From Podarcis pityusensis (Eukaryota): a stretch of DNA of 64,000 bases. The first letter of the stretch is position 1. Every line of letters starts with the position of its first letter. Both the position numbers and the translations under genes were made by a program. The stretch lies in NCBI GenBank assembly GCA_964106645.2, contig OZ067043.1; one strand, given 5' to 3'. The notes beneath the pieces were generated by a model. It had not been told where the DNA came from. It did not search any database and worked only from the letters and a program-made list of their open reading frames with translations. Of this stretch, positions 50,951 to 63,570 are shown one piece after another.

Positions 50951-52589
50951 TTATTATGTTAGTGTTTCTTCATCATACCTATTGGTAGACTGGTCCAATG
51001 AGACATGGACTTTAGTATACAGTGCATAGTTTCAAATGCATTTTAAGACCAGCTTTGGGGTGGGGAATGAATGAAGGTACTGGGTTGAAAATATTACAAT
51101 AAAATCATCACAGAGAGGCCCAGTTTTCATGGGACAGAGCTCCCTTGATGGCAGCAAATGGTGGATCCAGAAAAGGCTAAGCAGTGGGGTGCCTCTGCTG
51201 CATCCAGCCCCTTCCAGTACGGCAGACTGAGGGTTTGGACTGGTGTGCCTGGGGCACTGAATATACACTGAGTATAAAGAGAAGAAAGTGTGGGAGATTT
51301 AAGCAGTCAAACCTAACAATGCGTATTTGCTAGCTGGTATATGAAGGGGTTAAAGGCCAGGGGTTCTAATTGATAGAGTAGGCTCAGTTAGGTCACACCC
51401 CCTTTTCTCCTGAAAGGGAGGAAGTAAAGACTGTTTCCTGTTCCTTCCTTCTCATCTCTCTTCACTGTGTACCATGCAGGTGGGTGTGTCTCATCTTGGT
51501 TCCCAACCTCAGGCACATTATTGTAGTTCTTCCCAAGTATTTTACCTGCATTATTTTATTGCTGCTGCAGAAGGAAAATGCATGCCTGAGACCTGGAAAC
51601 TGTAAGTATTTTAAACTTACTTTGTTGGTATGTGGTTTGTTTGTTGAAAAGGGCATAAAAAGGGGGTTAGCTGCTTCACACAGCTGAACGGAATAAGTAA
51701 GGCTTAATAACCTGTATTCCTACACTTCACTAAACTGCTTAATGATGGGAATTAAATTCTGCTGTGGGCTTTCTCCCACCAGAGAAATTGCAAAGCCCTG
51801 TATTTTGAAAACAGGGACCAGCCGTTTTCCTTTGTGTTCATCCACACATGTGGGTCTCTAGAGTTTTAAATATAACTGATATATCCTCTTACCAATTTCC
51901 ATATCAGGAAGGTCGGGGGAGAAGTGGGTTAAAAAAACAACAGTGAAGCAATGCAAAAGCCAGTAGTAGGTGTGCTACAGTACTATGTAGATCAGAACAC
52001 AAATGAATATGGCGGCCAAGCATATGAGTAAGATTCAATCAGTGTGTGAGAGAGACCCATTTCCAGCTAGAAAGAGCGAGATCGATAATATATACAAACG
52101 CCTAAAGAGGGGAAATTACTTTCTGCAGTCAGCTAGAGACCAGATACTATAATACCAAATTTGCTTATTAATTCCAATTCAGCAGTTTCATGTTGAAGCG
52201 GGGGTGGGGGGAGCAGATAGGGGAAATGTTGGAGAAAAGTGATTATAAGGTCTGTTACAAATGTCCAGGAAAGTTGGACTTCACTTATTCCTGAGTGTTT
52301 CTATTTTAAATGCCTTTGACCTATGTTATCAATGGGAACTTGTCCCAACCTATGTCAGGGATTTGTAACCTGTTGGCAGGTCCTAACTCCCACCAGCGCC
52401 AGACAACATGGTCAATAGTCAGGATGATGGGAGTCACAGGCGTACAACATCTGGAGGATCACAGTTTCCTATCCCTGGCTTGTTTAAATAGGAAAGGGGA
52501 TTGTTGGACAATGGCATCTTCATGCCATTAGAAGAGGGCAAATGAGCCCTCAATATTATCTGATGGTGCCTGGTCCTCTGGTGGTACTC

Positions 52590-53265
52590 CTTTCTTCTTT
52601 GGTGATCACTCGTAGCCAAGTAAGATTGTCTTCCATGAATGTGGTCTTAACAGTGTGTCCGTAAGTGACTTTGGAGGCCAGTGCTGGATCCACACATCCT
52701 TCCACAGTGGGGTCATAGCTTTCTGGGTGGGAGTTGATCACAGTGAGGATTTGCCAAATGTGCCTTCCTCTTAGCTCTTCCTGAGTTCATGCCACTTCAA
52801 ATTCCATGATGCCTTTGGTGAAGGCTGTTCTCAATTGGAGCGCTCGCAGGCCAGTGTTTCCCAGTTGTCAGTGTTTATACTACTTTTTTTCCCCTCTCGC
52901 CTTGAGAGCGTCTTTAAACCTCTTTTGTTATCCACTGACATTACACTTTACATTCTTAAGTTGGGAATAGAGCAGTTGCTTTGGAAGACGATAATCAGGC
53001 ATCCAAACAACATGACCAGTCCAGTGAAGCTGATGTTGAAGAATCATTGCTTCGACAGTGGTGATCTTTGCTTCTTCCAGTACGCTGACATTAATTTGCC
53101 TGTCTTCCCAAGTGATATGTACTTTTTTTCAGAGACACTGTTGATAGAATCTTTTGAGGAGTTGGAGATGGTGTTTATAAATGGTCCATGTCTCACAGTA
53201 AAGTTGGTAGCACAACAGCTTTATAAACAAACATTTTGGTTTCCCTGCAAATTCCCTGGTGTACT
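52590..53265 (-). mobile_element. RTE-clade LINE 3' fragment, degenerate
   Basis: Minus-strand translation gives TKMFVYKAVVLPTLL, HITWEDRQINVSVLEEA...LHWTGHVVWMPDYRLPKQLLYSQL...KRFKDALKA and INTDNWETLACERSNWR. Confidence 0.85.
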
Positions 53266-53449
53266 AAAGTAGTTAAGGGAACAGAATTGGCACTGCAATA
53301 AGGAAGGACAAGTATACTGCCCAACAGCTGTGGAAGATTTATTTATTGATTTGTTTATGGTATTTCTTTCCCACCCTTTATAATTCCACCCCATGTGTCA
53401 TTTCCAGAATCTTCAAGGGTGGACTAGAAGCTTTTTAGATTTGAAACGT

Positions 53450-53608
53450 ATAAAAGCTGCCTTATACTATTGTCTATACTGACCGGCAGTGGATTGCCAT
53501 GATTTCAGACAAGTAATATTCCCAGCCCATATGGAGATGGTGGGAAATGAACCAGAGACCTTCTGCATGGAAAATGGATGCTCTGCCAATGAGCTATAGC
53601 CTTTCCCC
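53450..53608 (-). mobile_element. tRNA-Ala-derived SINE (Squam2 / Anolis SINE2-like), degenerate
   Basis: Minus strand reads ggggaaaggctatagctcattggcagagcatcc...catgcagaaggtctctggttc...tataaggcagct. Confidence 0.7.
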
Positions 53609-54288
53609 ATGGAGAGAAAACTGTAGGTGATGAAAGTGGTATTCTGAAGTATGCTTGTTCTTTCCCTACTTCACAAGAGGCCTTAGGAAAGGAGATTTAG
53701 AATGGTAAAAGACAAAGGGGGAAGGGCTAAGCACTGTTCTAATAAAATTCAGACTTATTTACAGCTGCTTTAAAGTAGGAATAAAAATGCTCAGTTGTTT
53801 TTCTCTTGCATAATGTGTAGTTTGAAATAAAAGAGAGCAGGCTCCAGTGCTCACTGAGGCAAAACCCTTTTGTGCCTCTGTGTGTTTCAGAGTAAAGGGG
53901 CTTGAAAAGCTTGTGAGTTCTTAAAAATCCCCAAAACATCTTATTCTTAAAATCTTAACTGCTCAAGAACCAGCTTGCAAAATTAGTAGAGCAGAAATAT
54001 TTTCTCTCCACATCTATGTTGAACCTCTGTACTGTTGAGATGCTTTCCACCACCCTTTCCCTTATGGTAATATGTAGCTTGACCATATTACTTGTTATTG
54101 TGTAATGTCATTAAGTGGATGAGCAGCAGTTAAAAGAAGGAAAATCAGGTCATGAGTGAACCAGAAGTTGAGGACATTGTGAGGCACAATATGAGAGAAG
54201 TAGAAAAAGCACATGTTGACTTGATGTGTGAGATCAAAGGTAATGTGAGAGGGCATCTTCTTGTGCAATGGGACTTGTAATGGAACTA

Positions 54289-55063
54289 CAGTGGTACCTT
54301 GGTTCTTAAACTTAATCTGTTCTGGAAGTCCGTGCCAGTGTTTGTAAAAAGCAAAAAAAAGGAGGAAAGGGTTCTGACCTCCCTTTGTCTCCTCAGCCTG
54401 GTCCTCGGACCCTTGTCGGTACAAAAGAGTCCACAGGAATATCCTTGCAGAGTTTTATTCTCAAAAATCTTTGTGCAAAACACGACTGAATAACTATACA
54501 CACCAGCACCAACCAACCAACCCAAACACCAGCCTCAGCACAAACTAACATTTCTCACTTTATATATACAACCTGCTGCAGGCCGCTGAGTCATGCTGAC
54601 CCAGCTTTATTCGCATTAAAGAAACAGCGGCCATTTTCCCATAGTAAGTAATGCAAAATGGATTAATCCGTTCCAGACTTTTAAAAACAACCCCTAAAAC
54701 AGCAATTTAACATTAATTTTACTATCAAACGAGACTATTGATCCAGAAAATGAAAGCAATAAACAATGTACTGCAGTCACACAATCAATCACTCAGTAGC
54801 TGAACTGGGTTCCACACAGTCACCAAAAGAAAACAAAAAGAGCCGCAAAAACAAAAACACAAAATAAATAGCAAAAATAGACAGACCTCAGCGTAACACT
54901 CAAAACGGAAGTGTGGCACTCAAATCGGAAGTGCAACACTCAAAATGGAGCATGTTTGACTTCTGAAAAAACTTTGCAAACGGGAACACTTACTTCTAGG
55001 TTTGCAGTATTTGGGTTCCAAGTTGTTTGAGTACCAAGGCGTTTGAGAACCAAGGTACTACTG
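54289..55063. mobile_element. Tigger-like non-autonomous element carrying an LTR-like insert (about 54333-54633)
   Basis: TIRs cagtggtaccttggttct / agaaccaaggtactactg; TA TSD. Confidence 0.85.
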
Positions 55064-56052
55064 TATTGTTACGCAAGTGGGGGTACATCATTGGAAGTTA
55101 CCCAGAAGGACGTGGACCAGTCTTGAATGTGGCAGGTGAGCCTGAACAAGCTGCACTGTCTTTATATAGCCAACCTAGGCTTATGATAGCAGAGATCCAG
55201 ATCAGTGTTTCCAGCCTAAGACATCATTGTTTCTGTTACTGATTCACATCTTCCAACGTGGATGTAGATCAGGTGCTTCAAGCAAGTTTATCCCAGAGAC
55301 ACATGAAATGATGCTGCTAAACACATCAAAACTGTGCTTAGTTCCCTGCACTGAAACAGTACGTGTGTGCTATTGTATTAAATTAGAATGCCCAGTAGGT
55401 GATTGCTTTTGTTCAAAAGCTCAGTCTCTCTATATAAAATTAATAATTTTCCTCAGCAGCTATGCTGCCTAAGCAAAGTTTAGCCTAAAACAATTCTTCT
55501 ACTCACATTATAAACCCATGAAAATAGGGGGCTTATAATGCGAAGGCAGCTAGACCTTTAACAATAGCGTCATGAAAGACGCTGCTATAATTAATGATAC
55601 TTCAGGAAGATTTATGGGCCTCAGACGGAGATAAAACAGAAATATCATTGCTTCTTTGCCTCCCATCATTTTATCCTCTATAAAATTTTATGTGAAATAA
55701 GTCAAATGAAAAATGTAAGCTCTTAATCTTTTCCTCGAGTCCCATCTATTACTTGATGAACACTTTTGTAGAATAAATTAGAGCTTTTTATTTCTTATGT
55801 ATGCACCATTTTGTATTTGAAAAGCAGGGGGAAAGACATTGTTGGACTGGCTTAGGCACCATCCAGAGTATGGATAGTGAGGAAATGAAAAAGCTAAAAC
55901 TTTGGTTGCGATATAGTCTTTGATTTTTTGTAAAATCTTCCCTGAAATTATTTTACAATCAAGCAGTCGATAGGACTGGCCCTTTGCTGGAAAAGTTTAG
56001 CTCTGGACAATGGTGAATTTTCAGAAATCCCAGAGTAAACCTTATCATCCAG

Positions 56053-56079
56053 CTACTGCTACTACTACTACTACTACTA
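56053..56079. repeat. (CTA)n microsatellite
   Basis: Direct reading. Confidence 0.9.
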
Positions 56080-56380
56080 GGAAGCAAGAGTCAGGAACAA
56101 AAGTAGAGACAAATATAGGAAATGACTTAAACAAGTGAAATGCTATAGCAAATATTCTAAATCATAATATGCTCAGTATCAACAGCAGTAAGAGATGAAA
56201 ACTGAAAGCAGAGCTAGACATCAGGGCCAGAATGGAGATAATGGAGAAGGAGCAAGAGAAGAGATTGGGGCTGCCACACAAAGCAGAGATGGAACTCTTT
56301 ACAGTGGACAAGTATTACTAAGCCTTCTTTTGTGTTGGGATAGCAGGAAAACAGGCATTAATCAGGCCCTTCCAAACATA

Positions 56381-56721
56381 AAGGTAAAGGGACCCCTGAC
56401 CATTAGGTCCAGTCGTGACCGACTCTGGGGTTGCGGCGCTCATCTTGCTTTATTGGCCGAGGGAGCCAGCGTACAGCTTCCGGGTCATGTGGCCAGCATG
56501 ACTTAGCCGCTTCTGGTGAACCAGAGCAGCGCACGGAAACGCCGTTTACCTTCCCGCTGGAGTGGTACCTATTTATCTACTTGCACTTTGACGTGCTTTC
56601 AAACTGCTAGGTGGGCAGAAGCAGGGACCGTGCAACGGGAGCTCACCCCGTCATGGGGATTCATACCTCCGACCTTGTGATCGGCAAGTCCTATGCTCTG
56701 TTGTTTAACCCACAGCGCCAC
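56381..56721 (-). mobile_element. Sauria SINE, near full length, short-body variant
   Basis: aaggtaaagggacccctgacc...ttaacccacagcgccac. Confidence 0.92.
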
Positions 56722-56909
56722 ATAACACATTTGGGAGAAATTCCACCTGTGATGCACTGCAGGAAACAACTAAGGGAACTCAAGTGATCAAGAGCACTAA
56801 CGCTGAACCACAGCAACCCCTCCCCTACATTATACATAACACTGTCTCACATAAGTAACATTACTGGTGAGGACCCAGCAGCCTCAATGACCCAGCAGCC
56901 TAGGCACTG

Positions 56910-56950
56910 CATTCATTCATTCATTCATTCATTCATTCATTCATTCATTC
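56910..56950. repeat. (CATT)10 microsatellite flanked by a 15-bp direct repeat
   Basis: gcagcctaggcactg at 56895-56909 and 56954-56968. Confidence 0.95.
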
Positions 56951-57297
56951 AGTGCAGCCTAGGCACTGAATTTAGAATCTGAGTTCTCCGTAATGACACA
57001 CATCAATTCTTTATAGAAGCAAACTTTACTGGGGTTATTTAAGTAACAACAGAAAAAGATCCTGTAGTCCAATGCAATATAAATGAGTAAAAGAAATTAG
57101 AAGTTCAGGGACCCTTGGAGTATAGAACCAGTACACACTAAAGTAAGAAAGGCTTTCCCAGCTAACATTAGCATATACCTTTCTCTCCAACCTCAAACCA
57201 CCCAGTCCCAGCACTGCATCCAGGCACCAGCTTAAAAGTTGGGTGTCATCATTGTGCCCCAAGCCTAATAACTATTCCCAATAGCTTCATATATACA

Positions 57298-57490
57298 TTA
57301 AAGGGAAAGGACCCCTGGGCAGTTAAGTCCACTCAAACCTGACTAGGGGGTGCAGACCTCATCTTGCTTCAGGCCGAGGGAGCTGGTGTTTGTCCACAGA
57401 CAGCTTTCCGGGTTATGTGGCCAGAATGACTAAACCACTTCTGGCACAACAGGACACTGTCATCAGCGCCAGAGCGCATGGAAATGCCGC
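57298..57490 (-). mobile_element. Sauria SINE 3' half
   Basis: aaaggacccctgggcagttaagtcc...gtccacagacagctttccggg...ggaaatgccg. Confidence 0.85.
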
Positions 57491-60400
57491 ATTGGGGGTG
57501 GAATAGTGCCCTGCTGGACATACTCTCATACAGAGTGAATTAAAAATTGTGATTTATAAAATAATAAAAGAAAACTTTTTAAAAAGTAAACACCAAGTTT
57601 CTTTAGCATAATAACTTATTTAATAGTAATTAATCTGAGTACAAGTATGCAAGCCTTACACTTAATTTCAGAACTGAATTAATGCCTCCTACCAGATACA
57701 TTGAGCTAAAGGAGGCTCTTCTATGTAAATGAACCAATTTGATCATTTCTCAGGATTCTTTTCCACTCTACCTACCAAGCACAGGCACTTCATATTCACT
57801 TTATAGTGAAAATAAACTGCTCCAGTTCATCCAGTAATTATCACACTTTTCTTCAACCTGTCAGTTATGAGCTTTTCATTTTGCTACTTTGTTTTTGTGA
57901 GTGTGGGGCTGGTCCAAAGCCGAGTAAAGCAGAAAGGAGCGACGCTGGAAAGAAAAGGAGGCAATGTGCTGTGTGCAGGTTTCTTATATACTCACGTTGA
58001 GCTTCACAAATACCATGGCAGATAGCCATAAGGCAGGCCCTATATATGGGAATATATAGGAGGGTAAAAAAGGAAAACACATTCAGTTCAACAAATAAAT
58101 GCTACACCTGGTTGTAAAAATGAAACAACAGTGTAAAAAATGCACCATTTACTTGCAACTGAACACAGGTCATTGCTCAAATTTGTACCATTGTTCATCA
58201 AGCATATGAAGAAGTTTCCATGAGAAACTTGATTTAAATAGGTTTCTCACTTCCCCTGCCCCTGCCAATTTAAAACATTTCTTTAAGTTACCTTGATTGA
58301 AATCAGTTCTGCCTGCTTTTACAACTTCTGTCCATAAACTGCGAGAAATCCTGGCGAATGAGCTGGAGACAAGCAAATGGTCCGACAGTGGAACAAATTG
58401 ATGGTAGTCCTCCCTTGTTGAAGGTCTTCAGAGAAGGAACCGGACAGTCAACTTTTGCAGATGCTCCAGTTCTGGATTTCCTGTCTTGAGATCAGAGTAT
58501 GTATGTGAGTGGAGTAGGTGGCCTATGATGCTTCCTTCAACCAGCAGTGGAGTGTATCTTCCCAGTGTCCAGAGTGGGCCCACAAGGTGATGTGAGGAGG
58601 ATGCAACAGGGCAGGCACACGCCCTTCCAATCATCCCCGAGGCAATCCCCACCCATCCCCCACCCCATTACCCTGTCCACGCTACACTGCTGACTCATAC
58701 TAAGCATTACCTCTTGGTTTCTCCTTGGTGAATCTCAACATGTTCTCCACCTTATTCCACAAGGAGAACTGGCTAGATCAAACATATAGGAAGAGGACAA
58801 TTCAAGGACCATTCTGATGGGAAGTTCTGCTTCTGCACATGAGTCTGGCAAACCGCTCTAAGCTGAAGCATTCCTTCCTCACCCACCCTAGAATGTTTAG
58901 TTCACATTGAGTTCATGAAACATCGTACCCTGACCTGTTCTTAATGCATGGCTGACCACATCTACGGAACGCGATAGTTATGCTCCTTTAAGTTTTGCAA
59001 TATCAATCACTAGTAATAGCTTAATAAGGAGGTTTTCATACCTGTCCAACCATGTGTTCCCTTTCCCAACCTTTAATCTATTGATGATTAATGCCTATAT
59101 GCAACCCTTGCATTGTATTTGTGTTAACCAATCAGCAACAAGCACATATGTGGCAATGCTGTAATATTCAATAAAAGGGACTCCCCGAGACATGCTCGAG
59201 AGATGCCTCCCATATGACACTTGTCATTCGTCTGTCGTTTATTTCAACCAAACACCATTCAGTATGTCAGAATCAGCATGCAACTGCAGATTTTTGCAGT
59301 TCTTTTAGTATAACCAGCAACCTGTGTAAGCTGAAAGGGTGCTTCACGATTCCCTGTAACACCACAAAAGCAGATTATGGGGTAGGTTGCCCATTTCCTG
59401 TGGGAAGCCAGCACGCTGGAACAGTGCATGGATCTGGGTGCTCTTGCTGCTATAGAGCATTGGCTGCACCAATGGGATTCTCTGTGATAGCGGGTTCTAG
59501 AATGTTTTCTAAATATATGCTGTAACATTCCTTTGAACTGATCCTGCCCACAGAGCTTGGTGGCTAACTAGGTTTTCGGCCCATCTATTATTGATCATGC
59601 CTCTTAAGTCTGCAGGAGATTACTTTAACATAAGATTATTGCTGCTCTGCATTGTCTGACTTTTAAGTTTCGGAAGCAGAATTGATCTTTGATGTGTTTT
59701 AAGTCTATAGTAATTTGAAGCTCAAACAGACTGACTGCAGCTTTATGGGAACAAAGCTATTGGAACAAGATAGACCTTGCCATGACAGGGCTTCGTCTGA
59801 CCTAATTTTTCTTCTGGGCTTATCATTTTCATTCATCAAAGTTGCACAAAGCCTTTGGAAAGCTGGGTTTCAATGGAAACACCTGCAAAACTCTGAAAGC
59901 CACCTCATAAGTGGGTTTCTGCTTCTCTACCACCAAATATACTATGTCTAAATGTGCTGTTTTGCAGTTTCTACACCCCCTTTTGTTGAAACTAATGAGT
60001 CACGATTAGAGTAATGCTTTTCTGTGACTTCAAAACCATTTTGCTTAATGAGGTACTAAGTCTTTATAATTAGGCCCAGAAGGGAACTGGGACATGGCCC
60101 CTTAAGAGCAATAATTATTTAGGTTATTTATGGTAATAAAATGTAGAAAATAGGAATGCTTCCTCAGAATGTGGCTATTTATTCTTTTACATATTGCCTA
60201 ACAGGCAATTACCCTATTAATGCAACGTTTTGTTGCTAAAGACATTAATTGAAATGTAAATTAAATGTAAATTGGCTAATTAAATTGATATGTAATGAAC
60301 TTGTCATGCAGGCCTCTGAGATCAGATGCATTTGGCTAATAAACAAGTATTACTGAAGTACAATTGTGCCAGTAGAGTTTAAGTTGCATAAGCACTGCCT

Positions 60401-60759
60401 TTATATGTAGCCTCAATATCAAGTGGTTTGCAATGAGTGGTTACAATGAGATGTTTCAACTTTAGTAATATGACTCTTCGTGTGCAGCAAACTCCTGTGC
60501 AATTTCAGTGGAGTTGTTAATTTCATTCCTTAATTTTTTGGGTAGTTGATAGAGTTAAGCGCTGAATGTTTTCTGGGCCACTGACGGAGCCCACTGAGCA
60601 GTAGTCGAGAGAACTGTGGGACTTTATGAAGAAACTCTCTATGAAGAATGAAAACTTAGCATTTATATTGCACTTCATAGTGCTTTGCATACATATTCTC
60701 AGCAAACCTTAAAATTTTCACAGGCAAGCCAATATTTATTAATCCCAGAAGGCCTGATC

Positions 60760-61180
60760 CAGAGGCTCCAGCTGGGGCAAAATGCTGCAGCTAAGCTGTT
60801 GATGGAGACAGACTATTGCCAGCTGATAACTCGGGTGCTCTAAAGCTTCCACTGGCTGCATATATGCTGCTGGGCCAAATTCAAGGCTCTTATATTATTT
60901 TACAAGGCCTTTAACAACTTGGGTCCAACTTGGGACTGCCTGTTAGTGGCTCGGATGTACAGTTTATATCCACCAGTTGCTTGTGTTCGGTGTTGCGGGC
61001 CCAGTTTATGGAACTTTTTTCCAGCTGAGGTCAGACAGACCCTCTCCCTGTTGAATTTCCTGGGCCTTTTATTGCAGCAGGTATTTGAACTGATTTTATA
61101 GTTTTAACTCATTTTTAGTCTCCTGTACACTGACTATAATTAAGCAGTATGCAAGCTGTTGAAATTAAACCAATAAATAA
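60760..61180 (+). mobile_element. Degenerate L2 3' fragment
   Basis: LQLGQNAAAKLL, LHWL and FKAL..YKAFNNLGP remnants; aataaataaa tail. Confidence 0.75.
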
Positions 61181-61653
61181 ACTAACTCTCTTTCATTAGA
61201 AGCTTCTAAGCAGAGTCTGGACAGTCTTATCAGGGATCCTGTCGCAGTGGGTTCCAAAGGGCTAGTGGCTGTTGCTTAGATTAGGCTAAAACGTTGCTTA
61301 TACTTTCAGAAACCTCTAAATAAGTCAAGACAGACTCAGAAATCTCTTATGAGTTCCATTTCCCATCACTTGCTATGTGATAGCTGGAGACGTCAGGGAT
61401 CAAAGCTGGGGTTTTCTGCATGCAGAGTGTGTGCTCTGCCACTGAGCTGTTTCCATCCCTACAGTCACTGTACACTTTGCCATTGCCACGGTGCCTGTAC
61501 TCGCTTGCTAACTGTCACTGCCATTTTTATTTTATGCATATCAGGCTCTGTTCAGAAGATCAAACCTAAAAATGGTCATAGCAGAAATGAACCATGGTGG
61601 TGGCTGGGAGGGTCAAGGGGAGGCAGAATCAGAAGGCACTTGCATTGGGTAGC

Positions 61654-62003
61654 AGGTAAAGGTAAAGAGACCCCTGACCATTAGGTCCAGTCGTGACCAA
61701 TTCTGGGGTTGCGGCGCTTATCTCGCTTTATTGGCCGAGGGAGCCAGCGTACAGCTTCCGGGTCATGTGGCCAGCATGACTAAGCCGCTTCTGGCGAACC
61801 AGAGCAGCACACGGAAATGCCGTTTACCTTCCCGCTGGAGCGGTACCTATTTATCTACTTGCACTTTGATGTGCTTTCAAACTGCTAGGTTGGCAGGAGC
61901 TGGGACTGAACAACGGGAGCTCACTCCGTCGCGGGGATTCAAACCGCCGACCTTCTGATTGGCAAGTCCTAGGCTCTGTGGTTTAACCCACAGCGCCACC
62001 TGC
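61654..62003 (-). mobile_element. Sauria SINE, near full length, short-body variant
   Basis: Highly similar to 56381-56721. Confidence 0.92.
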
Positions 62004-62029
62004 TTTCCAAATATGTGAAAATGATGATG

Positions 62030-62209
62030 ATTTTATTATTTGTATCCCACCTATCTGTATCCCACTCTGGGCGGCTTCCACCAAATATAAAAGCATGCTA
62101 AAACATGGGAGATTAAAAACTTTCCTATACAAGACTGCCTTCAGATGCCTTCCAAAAGTTGTATAGTTATCTGTCTCCTTGACATCTGATGGGAGGGCGT
62201 TCCACAGGG
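62030..62209 (-). mobile_element. L2 3' end fragment
   Basis: Minus strand reads ctgtggaacgccctcccatcagatgtcaaggag...ggaaggcatctgaaggcag...gggatacaaataataaa. Confidence 0.7.
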
Positions 62210-63185
62210 ACTCTCAATAAAACAGGCGCATGGATACAGGGCAGCACATGCCACTGATCCCAAGTCCCAGCATTTTTTCTTTCTTTCTGTATCCTTTCGG
62301 GGGGGGGGAGGGATTGTTATTTGAGCCTGAGAATCTCTGCCGCTTCAAAATCAGCCTCTCAAATTAAAAAGAAGCATGGTTAGAAAATGGATCAGCTGGC
62401 TGCATCTATGGTAATGAGCGTAAAACGTATGCAGTCCAGTCACTTTGCTTGTCCTGTATCATATCTTTCAGCAGGCTAATTTTCCAGGCTGAAATGCACA
62501 GAGGATTTTGGTTCAGTGGGTTTAACTGAAGCGCAGCTATCTGGAAATGGCAGCGTTATCTACTATAAAGTAATGCCTTTCATTTGATCTCCTATTTTAG
62601 GCTAGGCCAGCAAAGTCTTAAATGCCTGGAAAAGTATCTCATCATACGCTGGTCCTCAGGTAGGTCATCTAGTCCAAGGCTGCCATGTCATTTTCCAGAC
62701 CAGTTTCTGAGATGACCCGAGATGTTAACAATCTCTCTTCTCGTTGTGCTGCACAACTGCATTTTGTGCACAGGACACCATTTCCCCCTTCATTTTTTAA
62801 TTTGAGGAGCAACCTGCTTTCCTAGAGTTCCAGTTCTTCTGGGAGTATTTAGAAACACGCACACTCCAATTTATACAATTTCTTGTTTTCCATTATATAC
62901 CTTCAAAGTGCTCACAATATGAAATATATTCCATGGGTGAAGAAATAGTAGCCAATATTGGCCTACAGTACAAATTAATTGTGAGGAGGAATTGAACGAG
63001 AATTTGAAAATAATAAAGCTTGGCCACTTTGGAGTATTCAGAGTAGTTCACATATATTTAAATATAGGAAAGCACTCTCCTAAGGGTCCCAAACATTAAC
63101 TGACCAGTAGTCAGGTTAAGTGCATTTATTAAAATGTTCAACATGCACACTACTGCTTGTCATCCCGAGGTCTTACTCTTGCGTA

Positions 63186-63570
63186 GGGATGCAGATGGTG
63201 CTGTGGTCTAAACCACTGAGCCTCTTGGGCTTGATGATCAAAAGGTTGACGGTTCGAATCCCCACAATGGGGTGAGCTCCCGTTGCTTGGTCTCAGCTCC
63301 TGCCAACCTAGCAGTTCAAAAGCACGCCAGTGCAGGTAGATAAATAGGTACCGCTGTGGCGGGAAGGTAAACGGCGTTTTCGTGCACTCTGGTTTCCTTC
63401 ACGGTGTTCCATTGCACCAGAAGTGGTTTAGTCATTCTGGCCACACACCTGGAAAGCTGTCTGTGGACAAATACCGGCTCCCTTGGCCTGAAAGCAAGAT
63501 GAGTGCTGCAACCCCATAGTCACCTTTGTCTGGACTTAACCATTCAGGGTTCCTTTACCTTTTACCTTAC
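63186..63570 (+). mobile_element. Sauria SINE, full length, long-body variant, with TSD
   Basis: B-box ggttcgaatcc, (ACCTTT)n tail, TSD cttactcttgc(g/a)t at 63172-63184 and 63566-63578. Confidence 0.93.

Noticed and set aside
61989-62008. CTCF-like motif cagcgccacctgct at a Sauria SINE 5' end
   Set aside because: It lacks the terminal GG of the core consensus and is simply part of the SINE head.
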